A stretch of DNA of 64,000 nucleotides, from contig JBEKTH010000008.1 of NCBI GenBank assembly GCA_049516255.1, positions 16,449 to 80,448 of the forward strand, read 5' to 3'. Made by a program: the position numbers and the translations under genes. The notes under the pieces are model-generated. The model had not been told where the DNA came from, did no database searches, and saw nothing but the letters and a program-made list of their open reading frames with translations. Every line of letters starts with the position of its first letter. Within the stretch, counting starts at the first letter, position 1. Shown in pieces: positions 9,503-20,140 of this stretch. The stretch comes from Verrucomicrobiota bacterium. GTDB lineage: Bacteria > Verrucomicrobiota > Verrucomicrobiia > Limisphaerales > UBA11358.

Positions 9503-10903
9503 ATGAAAAAAATCTCTCCCGTCTCCCGTAGCGGACGCTTCGTACGCGGCCCCGGCGCGGACGTCGCGCAATTCACCGAATCCATCTCGTTCGACCGGCG
9601 GCTCTGGCGGCATGACATCCTCGGCTCGCTCGTGCACGCCGAGATGCTTCACAAAATCGGCGCGCTTTCGCGCGCCGAACGCAATGCCATCGTGCACGGC
9701 CTCAAAACCATTGCCCGGGAGATTGAAGCCGGGAAGTTCCGGTGGAAGCCCGAACTCGAGGATGTGCACATGAACCTCGAGGCCGAACTCACCCGGCGCG
9801 TGCCCGCCGGCGCAAAACTGCATACCGCCCGTTCGCGCAACGACCAGGTCACCCTCGACCTGCGTCTCTGGCTGCGCGACGAAATCGTTCTGCTGCTCGG
9901 TGAAATCGTCCAGTTGCAGCGCGCGCTCGTCAGCCTCGGCGGAAAAAATGCCGGCGTGCTGATTCCCGGTTACACGCACCTGCAGCGGGCGCAGCCGGTC
10001 TATCTCGCGCACCATCTGCTGGCCTATGTGGAAATGCTGGAACGCGACTGCGAACGGTTCTGGGACGGTTATTCGCGCGTGAACGTCTGCCCGCTCGGCA
10101 GCGGTGCGCTGGCCGGCTCCACGCTGCCCCTCGACCGCGTGTTCGTTGCCAAACTGCTCGGCTTTGTGAACGCCGGCGGCCAGCCGCAACTCACGCAGAA
10201 TTCCATGGACGCGGTGAGCGACCGGGATTTCGCCGTCGAATTTTGCGCTGCTGCCGCGTTGCTGGCCGTCCATCTGTCGCGGCTCGCGGAGGATTTGATT
10301 CTTTGGGCGAGCGCCGAGTTTAATTTCATCAAAATCGCCGACGCCTACACCGCCGGTTCGTCGCTGATGCCGCAGAAGAAAAATCCTGACATCGCCGAAC
10401 TCGCCCGCGGCAAATCCGGCCGGGTCATCGGCAACCTCGTCGCGCTGCTCACGCTGTTGAAGGGCCTGCCGATGACCTACAATCGCGATTTGCAGGAGGA
10501 CAAGGAACGGCTGTTCGACACCACCGACACGGTGCGCGCCACCACGCAAATCATGGCCGCGATGTTGCGCCATACCAAGGTCAATCACGCCGCCTGCGCC
10601 GCGGCCGCGAGCGACCCGGCATTGCTGGCAACCGACCTCGCGGATTATCTCGTCAAAAAGGGAATGCCGTTTCGGCAGGCACACCATGTCGTCGGCGCGG
10701 TGGTGACGCTGGCGGAAAAAACCGGCAAACCGCTGAACCGGCTCACGTTCGCGGAATTGCAATCCGTGCACAAAGCCTTTGGCCGCGACGCGCTCGGCGT
10801 GTTCGATTTGAAACGCGCGATGGCGAAGCGAAACCTGACCGGCGCCCCGGGAACGAAGGAAGTGGCAAAACAACTGGCCAGGTGGCGGGAGCAGCTTGCT
10901 TGA
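9503..10903 (+). CDS. argH: Argininosuccinate lyase
   Basis: N-terminal GRFVRGPGADVAQFTESISFD. Fumarate-lyase signature GSSLMPQKKNPD. Length ~466 aa. Confidence 0.93.
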   Translation: MKKISPVSRSGRFVRGPGADVAQFTESISFDRRLWRHDILGSLVHAEMLHKIGALSRAERNAIVHGLKTIAREIEAGKFRWKPELEDVHMNLEAELTRRVPAGAKLHTARSRNDQVTLDLRLWLRDEIVLLLGEIVQLQRALVSLGGKNAGVLIPGYTHLQRAQPVYLAHHLLAYVEMLERDCERFWDGYSRVNVCPLGSGALAGSTLPLDRVFVAKLLGFVNAGGQPQLTQNSMDAVSDRDFAVEFCAAAALLAVHLSRLAEDLILWASAEFNFIKIADAYTAGSSLMPQKKNPDIAELARGKSGRVIGNLVALLTLLKGLPMTYNRDLQEDKERLFDTTDTVRATTQIMAAMLRHTKVNHAACAAAASDPALLATDLADYLVKKGMPFRQAHHVVGAVVTLAEKTGKPLNRLTFAELQSVHKAFGRDALGVFDLKRAMAKRNLTGAPGTKEVAKQLARWREQLA

Positions 10904-11933
10904 TTTCGTGAACGCGGCACTCAGCGAACTGTTGAAGCGAACCTCGCGCTCGTTTTATCTGACGTTGCGTATGTTGCCGGGGCGGGTGCGCCGGCAAATC
11001 GGCCTCGCCTATCTGCTCGCGCGCACCACCGACACCATCGCCGATACTGAAATTGTCCCGCTGACACAACGGCTCGACGCATTGCAAAAGCTGCGCGCGC
11101 GCATCCTGGGCAAATCCACCGCACCGCTGAATTTCGGCGAACTCACCAAACAACAGGCCTCGCCCGCCGAGCGGCTGCTGTTGGAAAAGGTTGAGGACAG
11201 CCTGGCGCTGCTGCTGAAACTTACGCCCGCCGACTTGCAACGGGTCCGCGGCGTGCTCGACATCATCACCGGCGGCCAGGTACTGGATTTGGAGCGATTC
11301 GCCGGCGCCTCCGCCGAAAACATCATCGCGCTCAAATCCGGCATCGAACTCGACGACTACACCTATCGCGTCGCCGGCTGCGTCGGCGAATTCTGGACCC
11401 AGCTGTGCCGCGCGCATCTGTTTCCGTACGCGGAACTGGAGGACGCAAAACTGTTCGGCGACAGCATTCGTTTCGGCAAGGGCCTGCAACTGATCAACCT
11501 CCTGCGCGATTTGGCGGCGGACTTGCACAAGGGGCGATGTTATTTGCCGTCCCTGGAATTGGACCAGGTCGGACTCATGCCGTCGGTTTTGTTGTCGCCG
11601 GTCAACGAATCCCGGTTCCGCCCGCTGTATCATCGTTACCTCGATCTGGCGGAATCGCATTTGCAGGCCGGCTGGAATTACACCAATTCACTGCCGCGCG
11701 GGCAAATGCGTGTGCGGCTGGCCTGCGCCTGGCCGATTTTGATCGGCGCCAGCACCATTGAACAATTGCGCGCCGCCAACGTCCTCGAACTGCGACAAGG
11801 CGTCAAAATTTCCCGCCTCGAAGTTCGCTGGATTATGCTGTATTCGATGCTGGCTTATCCGCTGCCCGGCGTGTGGCGAAAGTTGTTTGTCGCGAGCCGG
11901 AAAGCTATTGCATCCGGTGAAAAATTGAGGTAA
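10896..11933 (+). CDS. Squalene/phytoene synthase family protein (squalene synthase-like)
   Basis: TSRSFYLTLRMLP...YLLARTTDTIAD and YTYRVAGCVGEFW motifs of trans-isoprenyl diphosphate synthase head-to-head enzymes. TTG or GTG start overlapping the argH stop. Confidence 0.7.
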   Translation: MLDFVNAALSELLKRTSRSFYLTLRMLPGRVRRQIGLAYLLARTTDTIADTEIVPLTQRLDALQKLRARILGKSTAPLNFGELTKQQASPAERLLLEKVEDSLALLLKLTPADLQRVRGVLDIITGGQVLDLERFAGASAENIIALKSGIELDDYTYRVAGCVGEFWTQLCRAHLFPYAELEDAKLFGDSIRFGKGLQLINLLRDLAADLHKGRCYLPSLELDQVGLMPSVLLSPVNESRFRPLYHRYLDLAESHLQAGWNYTNSLPRGQMRVRLACAWPILIGASTIEQLRAANVLELRQGVKISRLEVRWIMLYSMLAYPLPGVWRKLFVASRKAIASGEKLR

Positions 11934-11942
11934 GGAAAAGCC

Positions 11943-12782
11943 ATGCGAATTTCCAGGTTTTACCCCGTGGTTTGCGCAGCGGTCTTTTGTGCAACTATCG
12001 CAGTGGTACGCGCAGACGACAATCCTGCCCAGGCTGCCGCTCGCGCAGCAATGGAGGAGCAGATGCGCGCGCTGGACATGCAGCAGGCAAGCACGAACAC
12101 GCAATCGTCGGCCCCGGCAGCGCCGGCCCAACCAGCCCCACCCGCCGCGGCCACCGCACCTTCGACTCCGCCACCAACGGAAAATTCTCACGCACCTGCC
12201 AGCACGCCAACGCCTGCCGCCGCGGCCGCCCCGCCCGCGGCCACGCCTGCGCCAGCAACCCCTTCACAACCGGTCCAACCCGTCGCTGCGCCGCCCGTGT
12301 CCGCGGCCCCACCGACGGCAGTGACGGTTACCCCGTCCGGCGCGACCGCACAGGAACCGACGAATCCGCCTCCGGCAGCGACCATGCCGGCGCCACCGCC
12401 ACCTGCGACCACTGCCGGGTCAACGACTTCAAGTTCGGGGAGTAGTTTTTTTGCCCCGGTGCCACCGCCTTCAGGCAGTATGACGTCGGGCACGGCACCG
12501 GAGGAGAGCCTGCCGCCATCAACGGCCACCACACCCACAGCCGCGCAAACCCCGTCGCCGGCTGTCGCCCAGCCTGTTCCCACGGAACCGTCGCAAAACA
12601 ACAACAGCGCGGCCATCCCGGCGAGCCGATTGGGATTGCAGCCGATGGTGGCGCCGCCGCTCCCGGTTTCCGCCGCTCAACAGGCGCAGCTTCAGGCCTT
12701 GCTCGAACAATACGACAACAACGCCATCTCGGCGGTGCAATACCAAGCCGAGCGTGCCAAAATTCTGGCCGGACCCCGTTAG
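11943..12782 (+). CDS. Secreted Pro/Ala/Thr-rich low-complexity protein with a SHOCT-like C-terminal helix pair
   Basis: Signal peptide MRISRFYPVVCAAVFCATIAVVRA. About 200 aa of PAPT-rich sequence. C-terminus LQALLEQYDNNAISAVQYQAERAKILAG. Confidence 0.6.
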   Translation: MRISRFYPVVCAAVFCATIAVVRADDNPAQAAARAAMEEQMRALDMQQASTNTQSSAPAAPAQPAPPAAATAPSTPPPTENSHAPASTPTPAAAAAPPAATPAPATPSQPVQPVAAPPVSAAPPTAVTVTPSGATAQEPTNPPPAATMPAPPPPATTAGSTTSSSGSSFFAPVPPPSGSMTSGTAPEESLPPSTATTPTAAQTPSPAVAQPVPTEPSQNNNSAAIPASRLGLQPMVAPPLPVSAAQQAQLQALLEQYDNNAISAVQYQAERAKILAGPR

Positions 12783-12799
12783 GAGCCGCCCGCTTTTCC

Positions 12800-12827
12800 G
12801 CCCGCCGGCTCCCGTCGGCGGGCTTTT
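12800..12827 (+). terminator. Rho-independent terminator-like hairpin
   Basis: gcccgccg / loop gctcccgt / cggcgggc followed by tttt, 18 nt after the stop of the Pro-rich gene. Confidence 0.6.
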
Positions 12828-12871
12828 CCTTTGCCACTCAGAGCCGCCAACTTTAGACTGGGCACGTCGTC

Positions 12872-14170
12872 ATGCATGATTTTCGTTACCTCGGCAAAAA
12901 ATTGTTCTGCGAAGGTGCCGCCGTGGACGCGCTCGCGCGCCGGTTCGGCACGCCGCTCTACATCTATTCGCAGCATACGCTGACGGACCATTTTCAAAAA
13001 CTCGACCGCGCCCTGGCGCCGGTGGAGCATCTCGTTTGCTTCGCGGTCAAATCCAATTCCAATCTTTCCGTGTTGCGCGTGCTCGCCGGACTCGGCAGCG
13101 GTTTCGATATCGTAAGCGGCGGCGAATTGCGGCGGGTGATCGCGGCCGGGGGCGATCCGCGCCGGTGCGTGTTCGCGGGCGTGGGAAAAACGGGGGATGA
13201 AATTGAATTTGCGCTGCGGCAGAACGTTTATTCGTTCAATGCCGAGAGCGAGGCGGAGTTGCAGCGCATCCAGCGGGTGGCCGCGCGGCTGGGAAAAATC
13301 GCACCCGTCGCCGTGCGCGTGAATCCCGACGTCGAGGCGCACACGCACGCCAAGATCACCACCGGCACCTACGAGAACAAATTCGGCATCGCGTTCGAGC
13401 AGATCGAGGGTGTTTACGCCCGGGCAGCCCGGTTGAAAAACCTGCGCCTGCGCGGATTGCAGATGCACATCGGCTCGCAACTGACCAGCGTGGCGCCGTT
13501 TGAACAGGCTGTGCGCAAGGTCCGGCCGCTCGTGCGGCGGCTGGCGGAAAAATATGGCCTGGAATTTCTGAGCATCGGCGGCGGACTGGGCATCGTTTAT
13601 CAGCCCGCGCTGGCGAGCGGTTCGCCCGGATGGTGGCGATCGTCCACGGCGAAGGGCATTTTGACGCCGGCGAGTTACGCCGCGCGCCTGTTGCCGCTGT
13701 TGCAGCCGCTCGGCTTGAAAATCTTGCTGGAGCCGGGCCGTTTCATTTCCGGCAACGCGGGCATTCTGGTCACGCGCGTTGAATATGTGAAACGTACCGG
13801 CCGGAAGAATTTTGTGATCGTGGACGCCGCGATGAACGATTTGATCCGTCCGGCGTTCTACGACGCCTACCACGAAATCGTCCCGGTCACACGCCGGACC
13901 GGCCCCTCCGTCAAATCGGACGTCGTCGGCCCGATTTGTGAGTCGGGCGATTACTTTTGCAAGGACCGCCCGCTGCCCCGGGTCTGCGAGGGCGATTATC
14001 TGGCCTTATTGAGCGCCGGCGCCTACGGCTTTGTCATGGCGTCAAATTACAATACCCGGCCGTTGGCAGCCGAGGTGCTGGTAAATGGCCAAAAAACCGC
14101 CGCCGCCCGGCCCCGCCAGCCGGTCGAAGAAATTTGGTCGGGCGAGAGAATTGTGGCATGGTTAAGGTAA
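12872..14170 (+). CDS. lysA: Diaminopimelate decarboxylase
   Basis: FGTPLYIYS N-terminus, PLP-lysine region CFAVKSNSN, GGGLGI and CESGD motifs of group IV decarboxylases. Confidence 0.92.
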   Translation: MHDFRYLGKKLFCEGAAVDALARRFGTPLYIYSQHTLTDHFQKLDRALAPVEHLVCFAVKSNSNLSVLRVLAGLGSGFDIVSGGELRRVIAAGGDPRRCVFAGVGKTGDEIEFALRQNVYSFNAESEAELQRIQRVAARLGKIAPVAVRVNPDVEAHTHAKITTGTYENKFGIAFEQIEGVYARAARLKNLRLRGLQMHIGSQLTSVAPFEQAVRKVRPLVRRLAEKYGLEFLSIGGGLGIVYQPALASGSPGWWRSSTAKGILTPASYAARLLPLLQPLGLKILLEPGRFISGNAGILVTRVEYVKRTGRKNFVIVDAAMNDLIRPAFYDAYHEIVPVTRRTGPSVKSDVVGPICESGDYFCKDRPLPRVCEGDYLALLSAGAYGFVMASNYNTRPLAAEVLVNGQKTAAARPRQPVEEIWSGERIVAWLR

Positions 14171-14174
14171 TGTT

Positions 14175-15362
14175 GTGAATACGGAATATTCCATCGCCGC
14201 GCATTGGCCGGACGGTTTCGATGAAGCCGGGCTCCGCCGGTGGGCCGAAAATCTGCGCGCACAACTGCTGGCGCCACAGGTCTCGCTGGGCCTTGTTTTC
14301 ATGTCGCCGAAATTTTTCCCGCACGCCCGGCAGACCCTGGAAATTCTGCGCGTCCATGCCCGGATCCCGTTGCTGGCGGGTTGTTCCAGCACCGGATTGA
14401 TTGCCGGGGCCAACGAAGTGGAGGGCGCGTCCGGTTTCGTGCTGGCGCTTTTTTCCCTGCCGGGAGCGGAATTAAAAGGATTTCATTTCACGCAGAAACA
14501 GGTGGAGGAAGCCGCTGGCGCGACCTATTGGCCTTTGGAGACCGGCGTCGAGCCGACGCGCACCAACGGCTGGCTGGTGTTTATTGATCCATTTCATCTC
14601 GACGCGGAAAGCTGGCTCCGCTCCTGGAACCAGACCTACGCGCCGCTGCCCGCGCTCGGCGGACTGGCCAGCGGGGTTTTTGCCGACCAGACCACGCAGG
14701 TCTATTTGAACGGCGACGTGTTTGAGGAGGGCGGCGTGGCCATTTCCGTCGGTGGTGACGTGAAGCTGGCGAGCGTCATCTCCCAGGGCTGCACACCCAT
14801 CGGCGAAACGTGGACGCTCACGCGCGTCGAACATAATTTGATCCGTCAAATCGCCAATCGCCCCGCTTATACCGTGCTCGCGGAGACGTTTCAGAAACTG
14901 CCGCCCGCCGAACAGCAAAAGGCCCGCGGCAATCTGTTCATCGGCCTCGTGGTCAACGAGTACCTCGAGGACTTTCATCGGGGCGATTTTCTCGTGCGCA
15001 ACCTCATTGGGGGCGACCCGAACTCCGGCGTGTTGTCCGTCGGCGCCATGCCCCGGGCGGGGCAGACCATGCAATTCCAGCGGCGGGACGCGGCGGCGGC
15101 GACCGAGGACATGAACGAACTCCTGGTCCGCGCCAGAAACCAGCTTGCCGACACCGTCATTTACGGCGGTTGCCTCTGCTCCTGCAATGGCCGCGGCCAG
15201 AACCTGTTTGGCCGGCCGAATCACGACGCCGAGATGGTGCAACAACGGCTCGGCCCGCTCGGACTCGCCGGATTTTTTTGCAATGGTGAAATTGGGCCGG
15301 TCGGCGAAAAAAATTTCCTCCACGGGTACACCGCCTCGCTCGCCCTGTTTGTGAAAAAGTAA
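14175..15362 (+). CDS. FIST-domain signal transduction protein
   Basis: Size and C-terminal GFFCNGEIGPV motif fit FIST_C. GTG start 4 nt after lysA. Confidence 0.65.
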   Translation: MNTEYSIAAHWPDGFDEAGLRRWAENLRAQLLAPQVSLGLVFMSPKFFPHARQTLEILRVHARIPLLAGCSSTGLIAGANEVEGASGFVLALFSLPGAELKGFHFTQKQVEEAAGATYWPLETGVEPTRTNGWLVFIDPFHLDAESWLRSWNQTYAPLPALGGLASGVFADQTTQVYLNGDVFEEGGVAISVGGDVKLASVISQGCTPIGETWTLTRVEHNLIRQIANRPAYTVLAETFQKLPPAEQQKARGNLFIGLVVNEYLEDFHRGDFLVRNLIGGDPNSGVLSVGAMPRAGQTMQFQRRDAAAATEDMNELLVRARNQLADTVIYGGCLCSCNGRGQNLFGRPNHDAEMVQQRLGPLGLAGFFCNGEIGPVGEKNFLHGYTASLALFVKK

Positions 15363-15414
15363 TCATAATTCGCGATTGCCTTCCTGCCCGCCGACACGTC
15401 ATGCTCGCGGGAGA

Positions 15415-15867
15415 ATGGTTTCACCGGAAGAACAACAGGTTGAATCGAATCCTGTCACCCCGCCACGAAGTTCAGGGGGTGGACGGCGGCGGGGCCGCCG
15501 CGGCGGGCGCGGACGCGGGCGGGGCCCACGTTCACCCGGGCAAATCGCACGGGTGGATCAGCCCGCCGGCGCGCCCGTCGAGGAAACGGCCGCACCCGGG
15601 CCGCAACCTCCGGCAGTGGTTCCGACGGGGAAGGATGTTTCCGCCATCAACCGGGCGGCAGATGAAGTGCGGCACATTGTCGAATCACTCGAACAGGCCC
15701 TGGAGCAAATGGAAGAAGTGCTGGAACTGGTCGAACTGGCGGAACGCCAGAAATCCGGCGATGAGCGCGAAATTGACTCGTTGCGCCGGGCGTTGCGGAG
15801 AATTCAACCACCGCGCGGCCACCAGGAGTCAACGCACGAACCCGGCAGCGAGCCCGGCGGCGACTAG
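15415..15867 (+). CDS. Hypothetical protein with an Arg/Gly-rich N-terminus and an acidic coiled-coil C-terminus
   Basis: GGGRRRGRRGGRGRGRGPRS tract followed by the heptad-like IVESLEQALEQMEEVLELVELAERQ. No family recognised. Confidence 0.45.
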   Translation: MVSPEEQQVESNPVTPPRSSGGGRRRGRRGGRGRGRGPRSPGQIARVDQPAGAPVEETAAPGPQPPAVVPTGKDVSAINRAADEVRHIVESLEQALEQMEEVLELVELAERQKSGDEREIDSLRRALRRIQPPRGHQESTHEPGSEPGGD

Positions 15868-16139
15868 AATCCCTCCACCACCCGCGTCAGGCGATGGTTC
15901 ACGTAGAGAACGTTGCGGGAGCCGAACAATGGTTTGCGCCGCTTCTCAATCCGCACCGGCCATCGCTCGGCATCGCCGACCATAAAGTCGAAAACTTCGT
16001 GAATCGGCTCGTTTAGAAGACGGGTGGCCCGGCGAACGGGCTTGTCGTCCACGCGGATGAGCAGGGTGCCGCAAAGCTGGTTGAAGTTAAATTCGACACG
16101 GTGTTTTTCCAAATCGCCTACCTCAAAAGAGAACTTCAT
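15864..16139 (-). CDS. Small hypothetical protein (91 aa)
   Basis: ATG-initiated ORF with non-biased composition, convergent with the previous gene (4-nt overlap). No family recognised. Confidence 0.4.
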   Translation of the reverse strand: MKFSFEVGDLEKHRVEFNFNQLCGTLLIRVDDKPVRRATRLLNEPIHEVFDFMVGDAERWPVRIEKRRKPLFGSRNVLYVNHRLTRVVEGF

Positions 16140-16320
16140 AAATATACGTCTTGTTGCTGTAACTCTGGTTCCCGCGCAAATTCCATGCCGTCCCTGAAAT
16201 CAAATGCGAGTGCCGCTTTCCGTGAAAATTTGCGGGTAAAAGCAGGGCCCGGATTCGATGGACACAGACAATGGCCCGGAAAACTGTCCCAAAACAATTC
16301 AGCCCCAATCCATTCCGTGG

Positions 16321-18375
16321 TCAGCGAAGCAGCCGGCGCAGTTCCTCCGGCCGGTTCGCCGGCGGCTGGCACGCGACACCGGTACAAAGATAGGCCACCG
16401 CACCGTTTTTGGCGGGCAAGGTCCGCACGAATTCCCCGACGGCACCCAGGTTTCCTTGAACTATTTTGTTCGGCTGATAGACCGAATGCGCCGCGCGCAG
16501 CAGTTCCCGGGTCCCGACATCCGCCGGGTCGCCGGCAATGACGACTCGCTGTGGCTCCTCCAGCCAGAAATCCACCGCCTGCAACAGGCAGGGCATGGCT
16601 TGCGGATAGTTTTGCAACCGTTGCGCAAACAGTCGCAACGTCGCCTCCGCCGGCCGCCGCAAATCTTCGCGGCCGGTGATGGCGGCGAGCTTCAACAAGG
16701 TCAGTGTGGCGACGGAATTGCCGGACGGTTCGGCGCCGTCGTAATCGTCCTTCACGCGCAGAATCAAGTCCTTCGCCTCGGCGGCGCCCTGCCAGAAACC
16801 GCCATTGGCGGCGTCGTAAAACTTCAAAATCATCGCCTCGGCGAGCGCGATGGCGAAATCCAGCGGCTCCGGTTCCAGCGTGGCTTCATAAAGGTCAATG
16901 ACCCCGGCGAGCAGGAACGCGTAGCCTTCGAGCAATTGCACATGGTCGCGCGCGTCATCGCGCCAGCGATGAAACAACGTTCTGGATTTTTCGTCCCACA
17001 ATTTTTCCCGGAGAAACGCCAGATTTTTCTCCGCCGCCTTCCGATATTTCATTTCACCAAGCACGGCATAAGCGCGCGCCATCGCGCCCAACATCAGACC
17101 ATTCCATGAGGCGAGAATTTTATCGTCGAGATGCGGACGGATGCGCCGGTGGCGCACCTCCAGCATCTTCGCTTTCGCGGAGATGAGCAGGCGTTTTTCA
17201 GCGTCCGTCAAATTCGCATCTGCCAGGCTCAGCACATTTTGCCCCGGCAACGGGCGCGGATGGCTGTGGTCAACGAAGTTCCCGTTTTCAGTAATGCCGA
17301 AAACGCGGACCGCCACCTTGAGTTCCCCGGTGGTCAACAGCGCAGAGAGCTCAGCTTTCGTCCAGCAGTAAAATTTCCCCTCAAGGCCTTCGCTGTCGGC
17401 GTCCTCGGCGGAGTAGAAGCCGCCGCCGGGATGTGTCAGGTCACGCAAAACATAATCAAGAATATCGCGCGCGATGTCGGCGAATGGGGTTTCCGCCCCG
17501 GATGTGGAGACCAGATGCGCGTCGAGGTAGAGCTGCGCGAGTTGGGCGTTGTCATAAAGCATCTTCTCGAAATGCGGGACCCGCCATTCGGCATCCACGG
17601 CATAGCGTGCGAACCCGCCGCCCAGTTGATCGTGAATACCGCCGGCAGCCATGCGCTCGCACGTGTGCAAAACCATCCGCCTGGCTTCGTCGTCGTGAAA
17701 GCGTGTGGCGCAACGCAGCAACAGCAGCGGGACACTGGGTTGTGGAAACTTCGGGGCACCGCCGAATCCGCCGTGCCGCGGGTCGTAGGCCGACTTGAAA
17801 ACCGTGGCGGCGTGGCGCAATGCGTCCGCCGTCAGCAGGAGATTCGACCCCGCCGAACCGGCGGTTGCCGACGCCAGCCGCGCTTGAATTTCATCGGCGG
17901 AATCCGTGAGTTCACCCCGGTGTTCCCGCCATAGCCCGGCAATCTGGCGAAGCAACGGCAGCAACCCCGGCCGGCCTTGACGGTTGTCCGGCGGGAAATA
18001 GGTGCCGCCAAAGAACGGTTTCAAATCCGGCGTAAGAAAGACGTTAAGCGGCCAGCCGCCGCCGCCGGTCGTGGCCTGGATGAACGTCATGTATATTTTG
18101 TCCACGTCCGGCCGTTCTTCGCGATCCACCTTGACGCTGACGAAATGATCGTTGAGAAAAGCGGCTACCTTTTCGTCCTCGAACGATTCGCGTTCCATGA
18201 CATGGCACCAATGGCAGGTGGAGTAGCCGATGCTTAGAAAAATCGGCTTGGTTTCCGCGCGCGCCCGGGCAAAGGCCTCATCGCCCCAGGCAAACCAGTC
18301 CACCGGATTGCGGGCATGCTGGAGCAGATAGGGCGATTTCTCGCGGGCCAGGCGGTTGGTGCGCTCGACGACCAT
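16321..18375 (-). CDS. Thioredoxin-domain protein of the DUF255 / YyaL type
   Basis: [22 protein letters not shown]...[21 protein letters not shown] is the hallmark N-terminus. Long alpha/alpha-toroid-like C-terminal region. Confidence 0.85.
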   Translation of the reverse strand: MVVERTNRLAREKSPYLLQHARNPVDWFAWGDEAFARARAETKPIFLSIGYSTCHWCHVMERESFEDEKVAAFLNDHFVSVKVDREERPDVDKIYMTFIQATTGGGGWPLNVFLTPDLKPFFGGTYFPPDNRQGRPGLLPLLRQIAGLWREHRGELTDSADEIQARLASATAGSAGSNLLLTADALRHAATVFKSAYDPRHGGFGGAPKFPQPSVPLLLLRCATRFHDDEARRMVLHTCERMAAGGIHDQLGGGFARYAVDAEWRVPHFEKMLYDNAQLAQLYLDAHLVSTSGAETPFADIARDILDYVLRDLTHPGGGFYSAEDADSEGLEGKFYCWTKAELSALLTTGELKVAVRVFGITENGNFVDHSHPRPLPGQNVLSLADANLTDAEKRLLISAKAKMLEVRHRRIRPHLDDKILASWNGLMLGAMARAYAVLGEMKYRKAAEKNLAFLREKLWDEKSRTLFHRWRDDARDHVQLLEGYAFLLAGVIDLYEATLEPEPLDFAIALAEAMILKFYDAANGGFWQGAAEAKDLILRVKDDYDGAEPSGNSVATLTLLKLAAITGREDLRRPAEATLRLFAQRLQNYPQAMPCLLQAVDFWLEEPQRVVIAGDPADVGTRELLRAAHSVYQPNKIVQGNLGAVGEFVRTLPAKNGAVAYLCTGVACQPPANRPEELRRLLR

Positions 18376-18470
18376 TCACCGGAAGATAGGGTGCGCGGGA
18401 GATGGCGCAAAATAAAAAGCGAGGCCAATTTTGCGTCGTCAGTCAGGTGTGGTTGCGCTAGGTTGACGGC

Positions 18471-19211
18471 ATGTTATCCGCCAAACCCTGGCGTTGGGAA
18501 ATCGTCATCTGGTTTTGCGCGGCGCAACTGGTCAGCCTGTGCCTGGGACTGACCCTCATCGGGCTACTGCAAAAGGCCGGGTTCGCCGCGTTTCAACCGC
18601 CGGCGGGTTCCGGCGCGGTTGTGATCGGCACGCTGGCGTTCCAAGGCGCCACGTGGGTGCTGATTGTCTTTTTTTTAAGGCTTCAGCACGTGAACTGGCG
18701 CGACGCCTTCGGCTGGCACGGGTCGGCATTTAACCGCGCCTGGTTTCCGGCTGTGACCGTGGTAATTGTTTTTTTGCCACCGGTGGTGTTGCTGGTGCAG
18801 GGTGCGTCCATTTACACGCTCACCAAAATGGGCTGGCCGCCCGAGGCGGAGACCGCCGTGACGGTATTGACCGGCGCCAAGGCCTGGTGGCTGCGTGTTT
18901 ATCTGGGCGTGTTCACGGTGATCATCGCGCCGGTAGCCGAAGAGTTTATTTTCCGTGGCATGTTATATCCGCTCGTCAAGCAGCTCGGCCGGCCGCGTTT
19001 GGCATGGTTCGGTGTCAGCTTTTTGTTCGCCCTGATCCATTGGGACGCGGCGGCGTTCGTGGCGTTGTTCCTGCTGGCGCTCGCATTGACGTGGCTTTAC
19101 GAAAAGACCGACAATTTGCTCGTGCCGATCACAGCGCACGCGTTCTTTAACGCAGTGAATCTCATCCTGCTCTGTTTTTTTCAGAGTGAACTCAAACCGG
19201 GACCAACGTGA
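18471..19211 (+). CDS. CPBP family intramembrane glutamic endopeptidase (CAAX protease-like)
   Basis: Multi-TM protein with EEFIFRG, FALIHW and HAFFN motifs. Confidence 0.8.
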   Translation: MLSAKPWRWEIVIWFCAAQLVSLCLGLTLIGLLQKAGFAAFQPPAGSGAVVIGTLAFQGATWVLIVFFLRLQHVNWRDAFGWHGSAFNRAWFPAVTVVIVFLPPVVLLVQGASIYTLTKMGWPPEAETAVTVLTGAKAWWLRVYLGVFTVIIAPVAEEFIFRGMLYPLVKQLGRPRLAWFGVSFLFALIHWDAAAFVALFLLALALTWLYEKTDNLLVPITAHAFFNAVNLILLCFFQSELKPGPT

Positions 19212-20140
19212 ACGAATTTGAACTCATTGCCAGGCTGACGAAGACGTTGCCCGTCAACCAAACGGTGGTGACCGGCGCCGGTGACGATTGCGCCGTGCTG
19301 GATTTCGGCATGCCGGACAAATTGTTCCTGTTCAAAACCGACGCCGTCGTGGAGGGCGTCCATTTTGACAAAGCCACGCCGCCGGAAAAAATCGGGCGCA
19401 AGGCGCTCGCGCGCTGTCTCAGTGACATCGCGGCCATGGCCGGAACACCGGTCGCCGCGGTGGTAACCATCGGATTGCCGGAACATTTCGAGCCGGAAGC
19501 CGTCGAAAAAATTTACGGCGGCATGAGCCGTTTCGCCAAAAGGCACGGTGTGGCCATCGTTGGGGGTGAAACGACGGTGAACCCGGGATGCCTTTTTATT
19601 TCGGTGGCCTTGTTGGGAACCGTCGGCCGGGGCAAACAAATCCTCCGTTCGACTGCCAAGGCCGGCGACGCCATTTTTGTGACCGGTGAACTGGGCGGTT
19701 CGTCCGCCGGCAAACATCTTGACTTTGAACCGCGCCTGGCCGAGGCACGCTGGCTGGCGAAGTTTGTCCCCATTCACGCGATGATTGACCTGAGCGACGG
19801 ACTGGCCGGTGATTTGCGCCACATTCTGGATGCCAGTGGTGTCGGCGCGGAACTTCTGAAAACGGCCATTCCCATCAGCCGGGCGGCGAAGGTAAGCGCC
19901 CGCGAAGATCCCTTCACGAAAACGGCATTGACCGCCGCGCTCACCAACGGCGAGGATTTTGAATTGTTGTTCACGGTGGCGGCGGGCGACGCGGTGAAAT
20001 TGCTGGATGCCTGGAAAAAACAATTTCCGAAACTTCGCCTGAGTTGCATCGGCAAAATCAACCCGGGCACCGGCGTTACCCTTCGCGACAAAGACGGCGT
20101 GTGGCCGTTGACGGTTCATGGCTACGTTCATTTCACATAG
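19208..20140 (+). CDS. thiL: Thiamine-monophosphate kinase
   Basis: MNEFELIARL...GAGDDCAVL N-terminus, AIR-synthase-like fold, ~310 aa. GTGA overlap with the upstream stop. Confidence 0.88.
   Translation: MNEFELIARLTKTLPVNQTVVTGAGDDCAVLDFGMPDKLFLFKTDAVVEGVHFDKATPPEKIGRKALARCLSDIAAMAGTPVAAVVTIGLPEHFEPEAVEKIYGGMSRFAKRHGVAIVGGETTVNPGCLFISVALLGTVGRGKQILRSTAKAGDAIFVTGELGGSSAGKHLDFEPRLAEARWLAKFVPIHAMIDLSDGLAGDLRHILDASGVGAELLKTAIPISRAAKVSAREDPFTKTALTAALTNGEDFELLFTVAAGDAVKLLDAWKKQFPKLRLSCIGKINPGTGVTLRDKDGVWPLTVHGYVHFT

Noticed and set aside
9494-10873. 459-aa minus-strand ORF antisense to argH. The same situation occurs at 6572-7951, 12779-13873, 19181-20302, 10743-11660, 23854-24939, 36367-37485 and 62111-63013.
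   Set aside because: Each mirrors a strongly supported gene on the other strand and shows the typical R/G/A/H-rich shadow-ORF composition. No motifs were recognised.
11960-12837. Multiple overlapping ORFs in both strands across the Pro/Ala-rich gene
   Set aside because: They are artefacts of the GC-rich low-complexity repeat. Only the frame with a signal peptide and the SHOCT-like end is coherent.
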